64,000 bases of DNA from Eledone cirrhosa (GCA_964016885.1 OZ024743.1:356872001-356936000); one strand, 5' to 3'; counted from the first letter of the stretch, positions 30,262 to 45,111 are shown. Numbers and translations are program-made. The notes: generated from the letters alone by a model not told the origin.

Positions 30262-31748
30262 ACACACACCATACTCTCCACCCTCATGTCCATTCTTTCC
30301 TATCACACACACACACATGTACTTATGCACACACATATACCTCATTCCTCTTATACACACATACAGACACACAGAGACTCTTATATACACATACAGACAC
30401 ACACAGAGACTCTTATACTACACATACAGACACACATAGGCTCTTATACACACATACAAACACACACAGGCTCATATATACACATACATATACACACAGG
30501 CTCTTATACACACATACATATACACACAGGCTCATATAGACACATACAGACACACAGGCTCATATAGACACATACAGACACACACAGGTTCATATACACA
30601 CTTACATGTAACCACATCCTCCACCTTTCTTATCACATACCCTTCAACGCACACATGCAGTCATGTACACACACAAACACACATATACATCACATAGTTC
30701 ACTCCCTTCTCCCTATGATACACACACACATACATATTTACACTCATGTACAAAGACTGTTATACACGCACACACATACATATTTACACTCATGTACAGA
30801 GACCTTTATACACACACGCACACACACGTACATATTTACACTCATGTAAGAGACTGTTATGCACACACACACACACACACATGTACATGACATCATATCC
30901 TCAATACTTATGTCCAATCTCTGCTCCTGATACACATATACAGAAATATATACATATTTGCACACAGTCATACACTTGGGTATATACACATCCAACTTAG
31001 TCCATTCCTTCCTCACATTACAAAACACACACACACCCCTTTCATACACCATGTCCTCATCCCGTCACACACACATTTAAATATATACATACACACGTAT
31101 ACACACACCTTTCATATACCATGTCCTCATCCCGTCACACACATTTAAATATATACATACACACGTATACACACACACTTAACATTTTCTACTCTCATGC
31201 ATCCTTACCTCCCCACTTCGTATGGTACTCACAGACGCACACGCGCACACACACACACACACACATTCACGGGAAGAGGAAGAATCCACATGATAACTTG
31301 TTCTGCTGGAAATAGCAGCCAAATTTTTATCAAATTTATATACCTCTAAACTCAAGAGGGAATGATATACTTGATAATGGTTTTCCAAGATACCCAATAG
31401 CCTAGAGTAGGATGGAATGGTCAGGTCTGTAACACATTTCTTCATAGTTCTTCAGGATTTTATATGGCCTGGGGCTATACAAACAAAACAGAGTCTTGAT
31501 CAGCTAGAAACAATGATGAAATAACCTGCAAATTTACACCCTACCATCTTCAATACTGTCTCTGAAACACAGTGGATGAGATGGTCTTGATTGGATTGAC
31601 CTTATGTTAAACAACAGCAATAAACTTAATTCTAAATAAGATATGTTTCTGTGTATGAGTGTGAGTGTAAATAATATTTGTGTGTGTACATATCTAGATG
31701 TGTATTTGAATGCATTAATCGACAGTCAATCGACAAGATCCCACACCA

Positions 31749-31953
31749 TGTCTGTCAAATCGGACTGAGGAAACAATGTTTCCATTGGTCTTTCTCATTG
31801 CTAATACTATCTACCAGTCACAAGTCCAGGAAGAAGGAGCAACGTGAAATGAAGTGCTTTGCTCAAGGTCATAACGCATCACCCAGTCCAGGAATCACTC
31901 ACAACCTCACGATTGGGAATCCAATTCTCTAACCAGTCAGCCACGCACCTTCA
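31749..31953 (-). mobile_element. tRNA-derived CORE-type SINE
   Basis: Homologous to 1497-1712. Confidence 0.78.
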
Positions 31954-32696
31954 CAACTGGGAATATGCACCTAAATATGTTTATATTTGTATATATTTCT
32001 TTTTATCCTCTCAAAACATATGTGTATGCATACACATGCATGCGTGTGCATGGTGCACTTGATTGAATGACTCAGCATTTTTTTGTGTACCTATATATCT
32101 ATATGTATGCATATACATACACACAATTCTACATGAATTTACATTGATACAGCCACACACACACATAAATATATGTGTGTGTATGGATGAGGCACATAGC
32201 TTAGTGGTTAGGGGTGTTCAGCTCATGATCATAAGGTCTTGAGTTCAATTCCTATCAGTGTGTTATGTCCTTGAGCAAGATACTAGTAGTTATATTTTAT
32301 TGTGACCTCAGCACTAGAGGGGTTGTCATGTCTGTAATGTGACTGAATAGTTCCTACCATGTGTTACCATTCAAATTCCAAACACTTTATGGAGTGTACC
32401 AGGTGTCTTTCATAGTGGCATCAACACTAGAGAGATTGCTTTGAGATAAGCATAATCAAGTGTAAAAATATAAGGGGTATGGTGGCTAAGGTAAGTTTTG
32501 CCTGCAGGTAAGGGCTTCCTCACTCCTGGCATTAAGGATTCCTCATTGGCATAGCATGTAGGTGGTTAACTAAAGTAAATATAAAGGAAATGAACATCTG
32601 TTGGGTTTGACAAGTGTTTTTGTTGTTAACTGAACTACATACAAATTGAATTGTAATATAAGTGGCTGAGTATTCCACAGAGATATGTACGTTTAA

Positions 32697-33095
32697 CATC
32701 ATCATCATCATCCGGCGGCCTCAACCGAAATGGACCCAATAACTGATCTCCACGTGGGTGTGTCGTTCATTGCCAAGTCCTGGATTTCAATACCAGAATC
32801 TCTGGACATGACATCGAGATAGGAGAACTTGCGCTCCATGTTATTAGTGACTGCATGTGGTTTCCAAAGCACTAATGGGGACACAGCCTCATAGGTGGCA
32901 CGATAGCAGTGGCCAGCAAATCTTACTCTCCTTTTACGTATGACAGATATGCGTGGGAGGCCGGCATAGATCTCTCTCAAAGGCAGATGTCGCCAGCTTA
33001 TGTTGTGAATACGTTGAAGCAGGTGAGTGTAGGTGCCATCAAGGCACTTTTGTTGTTTGGATGAAAGTGTCCATGTTTCACTTCCATATAGCAAA
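32697..33095 (-). pseudogene. RTE-clade LINE 3' fragment with (GAT)n tail
   Basis: LYGSETWTL...RRVRFAGHC motifs. Confidence 0.8.
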
Positions 33096-33640
33096 ATTGG
33101 TTGAATTGTTATTTGGAAGAGTAATTCTGAAGCAAATCAGCTAGACACAATATGGGCCTTTAGATTACAGGCACAATCTCTCCAACAACCTTTTAAATGT
33201 TACTTTTGTTGAAATAACCGAACTACCTACACACTGAATTATAGTGTAAAGTGGCTGAGTATTCCACAGACATGTGTACCTTTAATTTAACCTTGAAGTA
33301 GAATCAATGTTACACAATATCTAACAAAGCTGAACCTTGGAATTACAGGTATAATCCATGCAGTGACAGTGGAAGTTTGCTTCCTCTGTATTCGGACCTG
33401 GTGTACCTCCCAATTATGATGATCTTTACAATAGCAAACCACCCTCTCTCTCTCTTTCACTCTCACTCTCTCTCTCTCTCCCTCCCCTCTTCTTCCTGCA
33501 CATGTCTTTAATGACAATAAATTATTCCATTTTATCCATGCAGTAGACATCCACAATTTCCATCTACTCAATTTTACTCCTAAGACTCAGGTTGACCCTA
33601 GGCTATGCAGAAATATATTTACCCAGGATCAGATGATTAA

Positions 33641-33865
33641 CCCTTTAGCATTTACATTACTCTATATATACTATTACATTTTCACGGTATAGGATTTACC
33701 TCACATAATTATCTATCTCACATAACATCGAATCTACGAGATTTTGATATTATTTATTTTGAGAACAATACCTTTACATCAGTATGAGTGGCCTATTACA
33801 GCCAGTTTGAACAGAAAAAGGTGAGAGAATTATGGCCAGATATGGCCAGTTTAAATGTTAAAGGA
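33641..33865. mobile_element. piggyBac-like MITE
   Basis: TTAA-ccctttagca ... tgttaaagga-TTAA; same family at 40229-40431 and about 41190-41401. Confidence 0.72.
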
Positions 33866-36357
33866 TTAATGTAACCTTGAAGCAGAATTAATGTTACACA
33901 ATATGTAACAAAAGCAGACCTTTGAATTACAGGTATAATCCATGTGGTGGACATCCACAATTCCCATCTACTCAATTTCACTCACAAGACTCAGGTTGAC
34001 TCTAGGCTATGGTTGACCCCATGCAGTGGGATCAAACCCAGGATCAGATGATTAGGAAATCAACTTTTTAAGCACTTGGTCATGGTTATCAAAACTATGT
34101 TACTAAACCCACACATATATTAGCAAGTTGACCAATGTTTCATGTTTTAGCCAAACATTTTTTAATGAAACACCATTACATCAACTCACCACACCATACC
34201 ACTTCACAAAAATAATTGTGTGATGGATGTGTGGGTAGATAAGAGACCTGGTGGGGGGTGGGGCTCTGCTTAGAAACTCTTGGAATTATTAAGAAAGTTG
34301 GTAATTAAAATTGATTGGTCTCAGAGCAAAATGTCTCCACTTTAGCGAGTTTTTTTTAACATACGGGGTGAGGTGTGGTAGGGTAGGGGTATTTGCAAAT
34401 TAACTGATTCACATTCATAAATGTTTATATCATCATCATCATCATCATCATAATGTGAGCATCACCATCATCATAGTAAACATCAACATCATTATCAGAC
34501 AACAATCACCACCACCACCGCCACCACCATCACTATCATCATTAACACAGTCATCATCACCACCACCACCACTATCATCATCATCATTAACAACACTATG
34601 AACACCATTAACAACACTATCAAAACCATCAGCATCACCATCTTCATTAAGACCACCACCACCACCACCATTAGGAGCATTATCATCATCACCACTATCA
34701 ACACTATCATCATTAACAACACTGTAAGCACCACCATCATCATCTTCATTAACAACACTATCAACGCCATCATCATTAACAACACTATAAACACCATCAT
34801 CATTAACAACACTATCAACACCACCATCATTAACGACACTGCCACCACCACCACAAACCACCATCACCACCATCACCACCATAAACATCATCATCGTCGT
34901 CATCATCATCCTTAACATAATCAGCATTGCCAACTTCACCATAATTATGACCATGATAGTTGTTTTTGCTTTGTTTTAAAATTTATTATTGATTATTCCT
35001 ATTTATGAGTGTGTGTGTGTGTGTGTGTGTGTGAATTAGTAAATAAATTTGTTGGTATCTAGCCTCGATCAACCTTGATAATGAAGACCTATACTCAAAA
35101 GTTTTCCAGACATGACCCTCCCATTTTTTTTTTTTTCAGACAGTTTACCTAAGACAATATTTTATCCTATGTCTTCTTTTATTTTTTTAAGATGATAGAA
35201 TGTGATTTGAGTGAAATGTGACTGTTATTTCTAATAAATTGAATAAGTAGAGTTCATATTTCACTCAAGGTCAGCCATGATTAAGCAAGATTATGATTAA
35301 AGGTATTCCAACCATGACTATCCTGTTTTTTTCCAAATGTGTATGGAATCTAGACTCACATTATCGATTGTTTCTTTTCTAAGACTAAAATTTCAGGAAC
35401 TTGACTGCTATTTCTAGCAGATGTAGACACCAAGTAGAGGCTCCCTCAAAGTAGAGAAGCTTTAAGGTGAAGGGGGGGATGTCATATTCATGTTGTTGTC
35501 AATGTGTCTGTGTGTCTGAATGCATGTGTGCATGTCCTTCAGTTTAATGGGTTATCTTTAGGGTTCTATGTGTCCTGTATGTGTAGATATTTATGCGTAT
35601 AAAGAGTTGTCAAAGCATAGGACAAAATGTCTTGCTGTATTTATTCCAGCTCTCTCTACTCTGAGTTCAAATCCAACTTTGCTTTTCATCTTTTAGGGAC
35701 TTATAAAATATAGTAGCAGTCCCAGGCAGTGGAGTGGCAGAATTGTTAGAGTATCAAGGAGATATATACCATGCAGTATTTGTTATGTCTCTTTGTGTTC
35801 TGAGTTCAAATCCTGCTCTGGCCTTTTTGGGGGGGGGGGGGGGGGGGGTTAGACTTTGAGCGTGATGTCTTGTTTAATCCATGCCACCATCATGTGTGTG
35901 TTTGTGTAAGCAATGTGCATATGCGTGCTTATGTGTAGTATCAGCTGCTGTAGTTCACACAGCAACATGTGCACCCATGTGCAAACAAGCTCTATTTTTA
36001 CCTTCATACAGTCGTTTAGTCCCTCCCCCCCCAAAAAAAAAGAGAAAAGTGAGTAAAAAAATAGTTGTGCAGTAAACATCAACAGACATGCATAAAAATT
36101 AACATCAACAATAACTACAACTACAAGTAGAAGAGAGGTGGTGTGTGGTGCACAGAGGTATTTTGTTAGTCGGAGAAGGCAGTTGGGTGGATAGAATCGG
36201 TATCACAGAACAGTGTGTCCATCAGAGCAAGAATGTGGTGGTGGTGGTGGTAGAAGAGGATATGAGAAAAGGGAGAAGAGGTGCAGCAGAACAGTTATGT
36301 TGCACTTCCCATGCTTTTCTCTTCTTGCAGCCTGCTTCTGCCTGCTGCTCACCTTGC

Positions 36358-36388
<31 letters not shown>

Positions 36389-36979
36389 GGTTATGTGTGA
36401 ATGTGAATATGTGGGTATGCATGTGTGCGTATGCTTTTGGTTTATTGCTCTGTTGTGAACAGCTGTTGGATTAACCTTCTCCCACTCCTCTTTTCTGTCC
36501 CTTCTTCCTCCTCTTTCTTTCACATCCACCTACCCTTTTTTCTCTCTCCCTCCTGTAATCTTTCTTTCATTTGTGAGGGTAGATGCATTCTCCTGTTCTT
36601 GTTATCCTTTGAAAAAGAATATTTTCACCCAAAATTTTAGATCATTTATTGTTTGTAGGTGAAGTTCAATCTTTGTTATTTAAATTAAAAAATAACATGG
36701 TTTTCTGAATCACTGTTTCATTTTCTTACATTCAACAATGCTTCAAATTAATTAAAATACTCACATATCATCATCATAATTGTCATCATTTTACATCTGA
36801 TTTTCACAATGGCATGGGCTGGATGGGTTGTGACTCTCAAAGATAGGTGGAAGTGACCTCATCTTGCTCATACATTTCATATTTAGCATATTTTCTATAG
36901 TTAGATACCTTTCCTAATGCTAATCACCTTACACTATAGTGTGAAGGGTCCATTCAAACTTTACATTATCTCTGTTTCA

Positions 36980-37173
36980 AATAATTGTTTCTACTTTAGG
37001 CACAAGGCCAGCAATTACCCAGTACATTACTGGTACTTTTATTTTATCAACCCCGTAAGGATGAAAGGCAAAGTCAACCTCGGCGGGATTTGAACTCAGA
37101 TCGTAAAGGGACGTAACTATGCTGGAAAGCATGGCGTCCGACCCTCTACCGATACTGCCAATCCACCGCCCTT
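36980..37173 (-). mobile_element. Near full-length Meta-domain-like tRNA SINE
   Basis: A/B boxes, gcctttcatccttacggggttgataaaa core and tail; flanked by a ttatctctgttt direct repeat. Confidence 0.85.
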
Positions 37174-37204
37174 TATCTCTGTTTGAAATAATAGCCTCCA
37201 GTCA

Positions 37205-37740
37205 CTCACCATATTGTCACTCACCTGTATTGATTGTTTTTGAAGGGTGGATATTTTGCATTTTGGCATAACACCAGTCAGCCCAGTTCTGTGTCATCTT
37301 CATGAGGTCAATCTTCATGAGGTCAATCTTCACAACTTCGTCCCATGCATTCCTTGGTAGCCCTTTTCTACAGGCTCCAACCACTTCAACTGCCATGTCC
37401 ATTTTTTCTAATATACTCTCACTCTCCTTATGTAAATCATGATCATACCAGTACAATTGTTTCTCTTGCATGCTACATTTCAATTCTCCTTGTACTCAGT
37501 GTTTCTTGCAGCTCACTTGGGTCATATCATTCACATAGACTAATATTGTACATCCAGCATAGAATGGATGCTTCATTTCTTTTTAGCTACTACAGATCTT
37601 TTGTACTCAGGGCCCATGTCTCTCTGCCATGCAGTATTAGCAGTTTGAACACAAACATCAGATAATATGAATTTCACTTTGTTGCTAGCAGAGATAAATT
37701 CTTCTACCCTGTTCTCGCTCTAACTGTAACACTTCCACTG
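37205..37740 (-). pseudogene. Degenerate RTE LINE 3' fragment
   Basis: HGRETWAL-like and G.PR..WDEVVKIDL motifs resembling 43473-44486. Confidence 0.6.
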
Positions 37741-38397
37741 CTAATGAGACCACCTTAAAAGCAAAGAGTTTCTTCTAATTCTAGTGAGCTTTCTGAATAT
37801 TTCAGAGAGTATATTTTATATACATACACATATTTGTTTATAAATATATATACATACATCTATGTGTAATTATGTATTCATAAAAAATACACATACTTAT
37901 ATATTACACACACACATATCTAATATCTATATCCAAATGTAATATACAAATAGATGAAAAGTTGGCAAAGTTGTTAGAATGTCAGACAGAATGCTTCACA
38001 GTATTTGTGCCTTTCATCCTTACGGGGTCGATAAAATAAAGTACCAGTAATGCACTGGGTAATTGCTGACCTTGTGCCTAAAGTAGAAATAAGTATTTGT
38101 TTCATCTCTCTATTCTTTGAGTTCAAACCCCACCAAGGTTAACTTTGCCTTTCATCCTTTTAACATCAATAATTTAAGTACCAGTCCAATATAGGGAGCA
38201 ATTTTTCCTTTTTATCTCTTTCTAACTCCCCCTTCCCTCTCACTTTTTGATTCCCTCATCCCCAGAAGAAATTGACAGTGTGTTTAAATCTGGAGAAGGA
38301 TGGGCTCCACAAGGTTTAAATGTGCAGGTCACTACAGCATCCCTATGATTCCACACAGTGTATATGTGTGTATATGTGTGTATATGTGTGTATGCAG

Positions 38398-38715
38398 CAG
38401 TAATGACTGACCATGGGATTTGCACTTAGAAAATTCCCTTCTGAGGCACAAGTCTGGGCAATGTTGTTTGTGGAAGACCAGCAGTCGCCCATGCATACCG
38501 GCCTCCCTTCTCCACACCACCGATGATGTCCAAAGGAAAGGCAAAGGCTGGTACAGCTTGACACCAGTGACATTGTAACTTATTTCTACAGCTGAATGAA
38601 CTGCAGCAACGTGAAATAAAGTGTCTTGCTCAAGGACACAACACATCACCTGGCCCAAGAATTGAACTCACAACCTTACGATTGTAAGCCTGATGCTCTA
38701 ACCACTAAGCCATGC
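38398..38715 (-). mobile_element. tRNA-derived CORE-type SINE (long form)
   Basis: Reverse tggcttagtggttag A-box, gagttcaattc B-box, gtgtccttgagcaagacact core. Confidence 0.8.
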
Positions 38716-40228
38716 AGCAGTAAGGCTGCACAAAGTGGTGTTTGTGGCCTGGTTTCTAACCTCATCTGGAAACTATTCCATTAACTTTCTTGGATACTCC
38801 TTGATAGAACCAGTATCACCAAGAATTTCTGTTCCTTCACACCCACTCTATATAACTATACAACTACATTGCTGTATAAAACACATAAATATATCTATAT
38901 ATAGCTATATGTGTATATACACACATATAGATATATATTTATACAGATACACATAGACATATCCACCGGCATGGACACACACACATATACACAACTTCTC
39001 TCTTTGACACACACACACATATATATATATATATGTATATATTTACACAAATATACATGTACCAACACCTCTCTCCTCTATCTCTCTCTTTCTAACACAA
39101 ACACACACACAAATATAAACAAATAAACCTCCAACACACACACATACATACACACACACACACACACACAATATCTATCTCTCTATCTATGTTTTTCTAT
39201 CACTAACAAATACATACACAAATACAACATACCTTTATTACATACGAAACACTTCTAACACATACACGCATAAAACATCTCACATTGAGTCCCTGTCTCA
39301 AACGTACACATAAACAAAGCGCACCTTAATGAGACACACACACACACACATACACAGACCTTTTTCTATCTCACACATACATGTAGAAAGAAATAAAGCA
39401 CACATACACACGCACACACGTAAAACCTACCTTTGTCACAGACACCATTCATTCTCTCACTATCACACTCTCCTTTTCACACAGATACATACACAGTGCT
39501 GCCACTGAGCTGTATAAAGTGTGGCTGACTGATTCAAGAGAAGTTGCACATAAAAAAGAGGTGAAGGCAGTAACTGCAGTAAGTTTTGCAGAAGGAGCTG
39601 CAGTCGCTGCAGTGGCCTAACTTGCAGTACATCGCTCTCTCTATAGCAGTACTAACACATACTGATGGCTAGCCGAGCTGCAGTGGTTGTTATTTAGCCC
39701 CAGGTCAACTCTGAGTAGGTCTATCATAAAAAGTATTCCAAGTATGACAATTTTACCTTTTTTCTTCAGTCATAATGAATCTCAGTCTATTTTTCTAATG
39801 TAAATCTATGACCAAGACAGCGAGTCGCTAGAGGTGTTAGAATATCAGATAGATTGCTCTGCGGTATTTGTTCCAGCTGTCTGTGCTCTGAGTTCAAATT
39901 GCGTTGAAGTCAACTTTGCCTTTCACTCTTTCGATGTCAACAATTATAGTACCAGTAAAATACTGGGGTTGATTTTTTTTATCTCTCTTTTATCACTCAC
40001 TCTCTCTTTCTCTTTACTGGAAGATAGTGGCTGTCCATCCTTGGTGAAGGATGGGTTCTACCAGGCTTAAAATGCCCATGACACGTTGTGTGTCAGAATG
40101 GCGTCCCTACGACTCCATAAAGAGTTAAGTGCTCTTTACCTTTTTTTTTTAGACCCGTGATCAATAGTATTCTAGCTATGACTATCCTACACGTCTCATG
40201 TATTACATATCTAAGCTACATTATTTAA

Positions 40229-40431
40229 CCCTTTAGCAATTAAACCGGCTGTATCCGGCCAGAATTCTCTCACCTCTTTCTGTTCAAATAAGCCATTACT
40301 AGCCACTCATACTGATGTTAAGGTATTGTTCTCAAAATAAATAATATCAAAATCACATAGATTCGATATGTGAGATAATACCTTTACCACGAAAATACAC
40401 TAGCAAATATTGTAATGTAAATGCTAAAGGA
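40229..40431. mobile_element. piggyBac-like MITE
   Basis: TTAA TSD on both sides; ccctttagca / tgctaaagga termini. Confidence 0.75.
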
Positions 40432-41554
40432 TTAATGCTGTCCTCCCTTTTTTGAAGGCAGTATTGTCCAACATGAGGGAGAATTGTTTGTTATTTCTAA
40501 CAGTTGTAGTGATCACAGTCTCCTTTGTGTTGCTGTCACTATGGAGTTGTATCAGACAATATACAATTAATTTTACATTTGGTTTTTAGTATTGTTACTG
40601 CTTAGATTCAAATCAACTCTGATGAAAAGACTTATGATTCATAGCATTCCAGACGTGACCATCCCATTTGTTTCAGTCATTACAAGCCTATAATTATTTT
40701 TTCAATGTTTCCTTGCTTTTTCAAGATAGTAATGTGTGGTTTGAGGGTAATTTCGCTACTATTTCTAGTTAATAGTGTAACTAAGTTCCCTTGTTCAGTT
40801 CCACTCTCTGTCTCATCTATCAGGTACCTTTTCTAGAGAGCTACTTCCCCTCTAGTTATGAGGAATAGGTACAAGACGAGGGAATGCTAACTCTCCTTTA
40901 TTTGACATCCTATCCAGGCGAATATTTATCTTTCAGCCACACAGGACCATCAAGTTAGAACTAAGCATTCTTAACAGAAGATTTACATTATTCAATTGTT
41001 TGCCTCAATTAAAGCAAGATTGCCCTCCAGTGTGAGAATTATTGATGAAGTGAAAGCATTTAACTGAATGAAATGATATGTTGTTGTTGTTATTGTTTTT
41101 ATTACTTAACCCTAAGTTAACCCTTGGTTCAGGAGATCTATGATTAAAGGCCATCCTGCTATTTTGATTATTTATTTAGTTTTTAGAGTGTATTTAAACC
41201 AGCCATATCTGGCCACAACTCTCTCACCTCTTTCTGTTCAAACCGGCTGTAACTGGCTGCTCATACCTACATTAAGGTATTGTTCTCCAAATAAATAACA
41301 TCAAAATCTTGTAGATTTGATATTATGCGAGGTAATTAAGTAAGATAAAGCTGTGAAAATATAATAGTAAATATAGAATAATGTGAATGCTGAAGGGTTA
41401 AGACTACATTATCTGATGTGTCTACTTGACAGGACGTGATTTGAGGGAGATTTGGCTGCTATTGCTAACAGGTCAACCTACTAAATAGAGTAGGAGTCGA
41501 GTCGCCAACCTTTTTGTTATCCTGGTTACTCTGTGGCAATTTTTTCAAATTTAA

Positions 41555-42400
41555 ATTTACTAGCTGATGATGGTGCACTTGTTGCAACATCCCTTGAAGA
41601 AGTAGAAGAACAGGTGAACCACTTCAGCATTAAGAAGACTGATATGGTTACATCAACCAATGCCAACCACACCTGACAAGTAGATGTTGGGCAAGGACAG
41701 CTGGGGAACAGGCATCTCCATGTTCCCATCAGTTGATGGCACAGATTTGAAGTATGTGAACTTTACTTACCTTAGCAGCAAGGTGAACTCCCCTGCATCC
41801 TTGGATGATGAGATCATCAATGGCATCTCTAAAACAACTGATACCTTTGACAAACTATGTTATCATCTTAGAGGTGTCAGAGGTATATCCTTGAAAATGA
41901 AAGTTTATCCTGCAGTGGTACTGACCACTCTATTATATGGCTTGAGTCATGGACACTTTATTGCACCCAGATTTATAAGCTTGAAGTATTTCACCAGCAT
42001 TGTCTTTGCTCTATCTAAAGTTAAGCACTTTCTGACAGAATCTCGAATGACCATCTTTTCATGAGATGCAGCATCGATGGGATAGAGTTATTTCTGATGC
42101 AATCCCAATCCAAATGGGATGGTCATATCCTATGGATGACTGAGGACTGCACACCCAAGGTACTGTTATACAGTCAACTTCATAATGGTGCACCTAATGT
42201 AGGTAGACCATTACTCAGGTATAAAGATAAACCGAAGTACAATCTTAAATCTATGAACATACCTCTTACTTTTATTAAGAATTGGGAATGTCTGCCACGA
42301 AGGTATAAATAACTTTGAAAAATCTTGTCTTGTCTATTTTCGTGATCTAAGATCTAACACCAGGATTTGATCAAACATCCCTTCCTGTTCTACTCAAAAT
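41555..42400 (+). pseudogene. Frameshifted RTE (BovB-like) LINE RT remnant
   Basis: ADDGAL, FTYLSS, VVLTTLLYG, KWDGHILWM...PKVLLYSQL...GRPLLRYKD. Confidence 0.78.
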
Positions 42401-42604
42401 CCTCTCATCTGCACTAAATGCGGCTTGATGTGTAAATAAGCTGCTGAACTAAAGGGCCATTTAAGGCATAACCATTTTGACATATTCTTAGCAAATATAT
42501 TTTCATTATTCCATTTCAGGTCTTTCTTTAGGTTACACACACACACACACACACAAATATATACATGCACACAGACTTGTACAAATAGTTGTAGGCCAAA
42601 ACAT

Positions 42605-43472
42605 GTTATATCATCATTGTTTTTATGTCCATATTCCACATTGCATGGGGTGAGAATGAGTTGTTATATCATCATCATCATCAATTCTTCCAAGCTTGCA
42701 TGGGTTAGACGTGTCATCCATGCTGGGAGGCAAGTCTGGCCATGGTTGACCATGTTGCACCTTGATCTGGTGTGGACTATAAATGTGGCCAGGTATTTTA
42801 CTGCTGGATGCCCTTCCTAACACCAACCATCATCATCGATTAACGTCCATCTCCCACACTAGCATGAGTTAGACGGGTTTGTCCCATTTAGAAGCAAGTT
42901 GGGTCGGGTCACCATGTCTTGCTCCTATAGGAGTGTTTCTAGCTGGTTTTCCACAGCTGGATGCCCTTCCTAGCGCCAACCACATTGACAGTGTGTGGTG
43001 GGTGCTTTTTGCCATGTCTTTTATTTACATGTCCACTTTATATGTATATATGTGTGTGCGTGTGTATATATATATATCATCATCATCATCATCATCAACG
43101 TTTAACGTCCGTGTTCCACGCTTGCATGGGTTTGGATGGGGGTAGTCCCACTTGAGGCAAGAGTGATTGTCTTGCTCGCATAGGACTGTCTGGCAGGTTT
43201 TCTACAGTTGGATGCCCTTCCTAACACCAACCACATTTACAGTGTGGGTCTGGGAGGTTTTTACCGTGTTGCCTACACGGCCACATTACAGCGTGGACTG
43301 TGTGTTTTTTTGTCGTGACACCTACACGATCTCATTTGTTTCGGCCTATGGCGCGGCACCAACATAACTTTACATAGAACGGGGTGGTGTGGATGGGGTG
43401 GGGGTGGCGGTGGTGGGACGGGGTGTATTTTGTTAGAGATGCCTACTGGTTGGAGTAGGTTTTACTATATAT
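42605..43472 (-). mobile_element. Head-to-tail stack of RTE 3' tails ending in (GAT)n
   Basis: Repeated catcat...gcatggg...ggatgcccttcctaacaccaacca units near 42670, 42830 and 43078; the last runs into the RTE ORF. Confidence 0.72.
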
Positions 43473-44486
43473 TTAGGTAAGGCGGGTCTTCTCTGTTACT
43501 GAGTACCGCCAAAGGTCTCGGTCCAGTGACATTGTCTTGGAGAGGTGTAAGTGTGTGATGTCGGAGTTTATCAGCTCGTCCCAGGTTTTTCTAGGTTTGC
43601 CTATTCCGTGACTACCGTCTATCTTTATTGCCCTGCACTTTGTTATACAGCTATCGACTTTCATGCGCATCACGTGTCCATACCAACGTAGCCTTCTCTC
43701 GAGTAAACAACATCTGATCTCTAATTTTTTCCTTAGTTCGTTTATGCTTTGCCGTTCACGTATATTACTGTTACACATCCAGCGGAGCATGCAAGCTTCG
43801 TTCCTCTCTAGTCTGCGTATATCCTCTGCACACAATGCCCAGGTCTCACTGCCATGCAGCATTGCTGTTCGTATGCAGGCATCGTACAACCTGCCTTTCA
43901 TTTTTAGGGAGAACCCTTTAGCAGCTAATAGTGGTATAAGCTCTCTGAACTTTTTCCAACCAGTTCTGACTCTAGCTACAGTACTTTCAGAGCACCCTCC
44001 CCCACTGCTGATTTTATCGCCCAGGTAACGGAAGCTGTCCACTATTTCTATAGAACCCTCTGCGCAATTGAAAGAGCTAGTATTTTGTGGGCACTTGCTG
44101 CTACTTATTGCACCAGAACACCGGCCACATGTAAAATCTATGTTCTTAGTTAGCTTACCTGTGATCCCACTACATCTTGTATGCACCCATACTTTGCATT
44201 TAGGACATAAAATGGAGTTTCTACCTACGCCTTTCCTACACACCGAGCACGACCATTTCCCAGAAGGGACCGCCGCCTTGTTTTCTTTCCTACAAACTAG
44301 AACTTTGGTCTTAGCCAGGTTAATTTTAAGTCCTTTTGACTCTAGGCCGTGCTTCCATGTTTGGAATTTCTTCTCTAGCTCGGCCATTGATTCCGCTATG
44401 AGTGTCAGGTCGTCTGCGTATAGGAGTTCCCATGGGTAGCCTGTCTTGAACTCCTCTGTTATAGCCTGAAGGGCAATAATAAATAG
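43473..44486 (-). CDS. 5'-truncated RTE-clade LINE ORF: RT C-terminal half with embedded PHD finger
   Basis: Uninterrupted frame: [17 protein letters not shown]4HC3 finger, [30 protein letters not shown]. Confidence 0.9.
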   Translation of the reverse strand, partial: LFIIALQAITEEFKTGYPWELLYADDLTLIAESMAELEKKFQTWKHGLESKGLKINLAKTKVLVCRKENKAAVPSGKWSCSVCRKGVGRNSILCPKCKVWVHTRCSGITGKLTKNIDFTCGRCSGAISSSKCPQNTSSFNCAEGSIEIVDSFRYLGDKISSGGGCSESTVARVRTGWKKFRELIPLLAAKGFSLKMKGRLYDACIRTAMLHGSETWALCAEDIRRLERNEACMLRWMCNSNIRERQSINELRKKLEIRCCLLERRLRWYGHVMRMKVDSCITKCRAIKIDGSHGIGKPRKTWDELINSDITHLHLSKTMSLDRDLWRYSVTEKTRLT

Positions 44487-44588
44487 TATATATATATATA
44501 TATATATAAAATACATATATATATATAAAATACATGTGTGTGTGTATATATATAAAATACATGTGTGTGTGTATATATATATAATACA

Positions 44589-44628
<40 letters not shown>

Positions 44629-44711
44629 ATACATGTGTGCATATATATATATATATATACATATATAATACATGTGTGCATATATATATATATATATACA
44701 TATATAATACA

Positions 44712-44754
<43 letters not shown>

Positions 44755-44756
44755 CA

Positions 44757-44795
<39 letters not shown>

Positions 44796-44797
44796 CA

Positions 44798-44845
<48 letters not shown>

Positions 44846-45037
44846 AGAAAAGAGTCAGGACCGCGACGGCTGAGCTCTGGCCGTTTCAACAGCTAGTTCA
44901 GATCTAGCTATCGAAACAGCCGGAGCTCAGCCGTCGGGGTCCTGATTCCTTTCCTATTACCCACTCTACTACCCTAAGTATTGAGTACTCTGGTGCATTA
45001 TGGACCACCTGGTATCTTACCACACCCTCTTTATTAT
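44846..45037 (+). mobile_element. Palindromic PLE-terminal element (arms about 44847-44953) with tail
   Basis: Same family as 11343-11544; pivot near 44900; tail hairpin 44962-44988; TA flanks. Confidence 0.82.
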
Positions 45038-45055
45038 ATATATGTGTGTGTGTGT

Positions 45056-45111
<56 letters not shown>

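Noticed and set aside
44487-44840. N-terminal part of the 455-aa ORF
   Set aside because: Microsatellite read-through upstream of the RTE truncation point.
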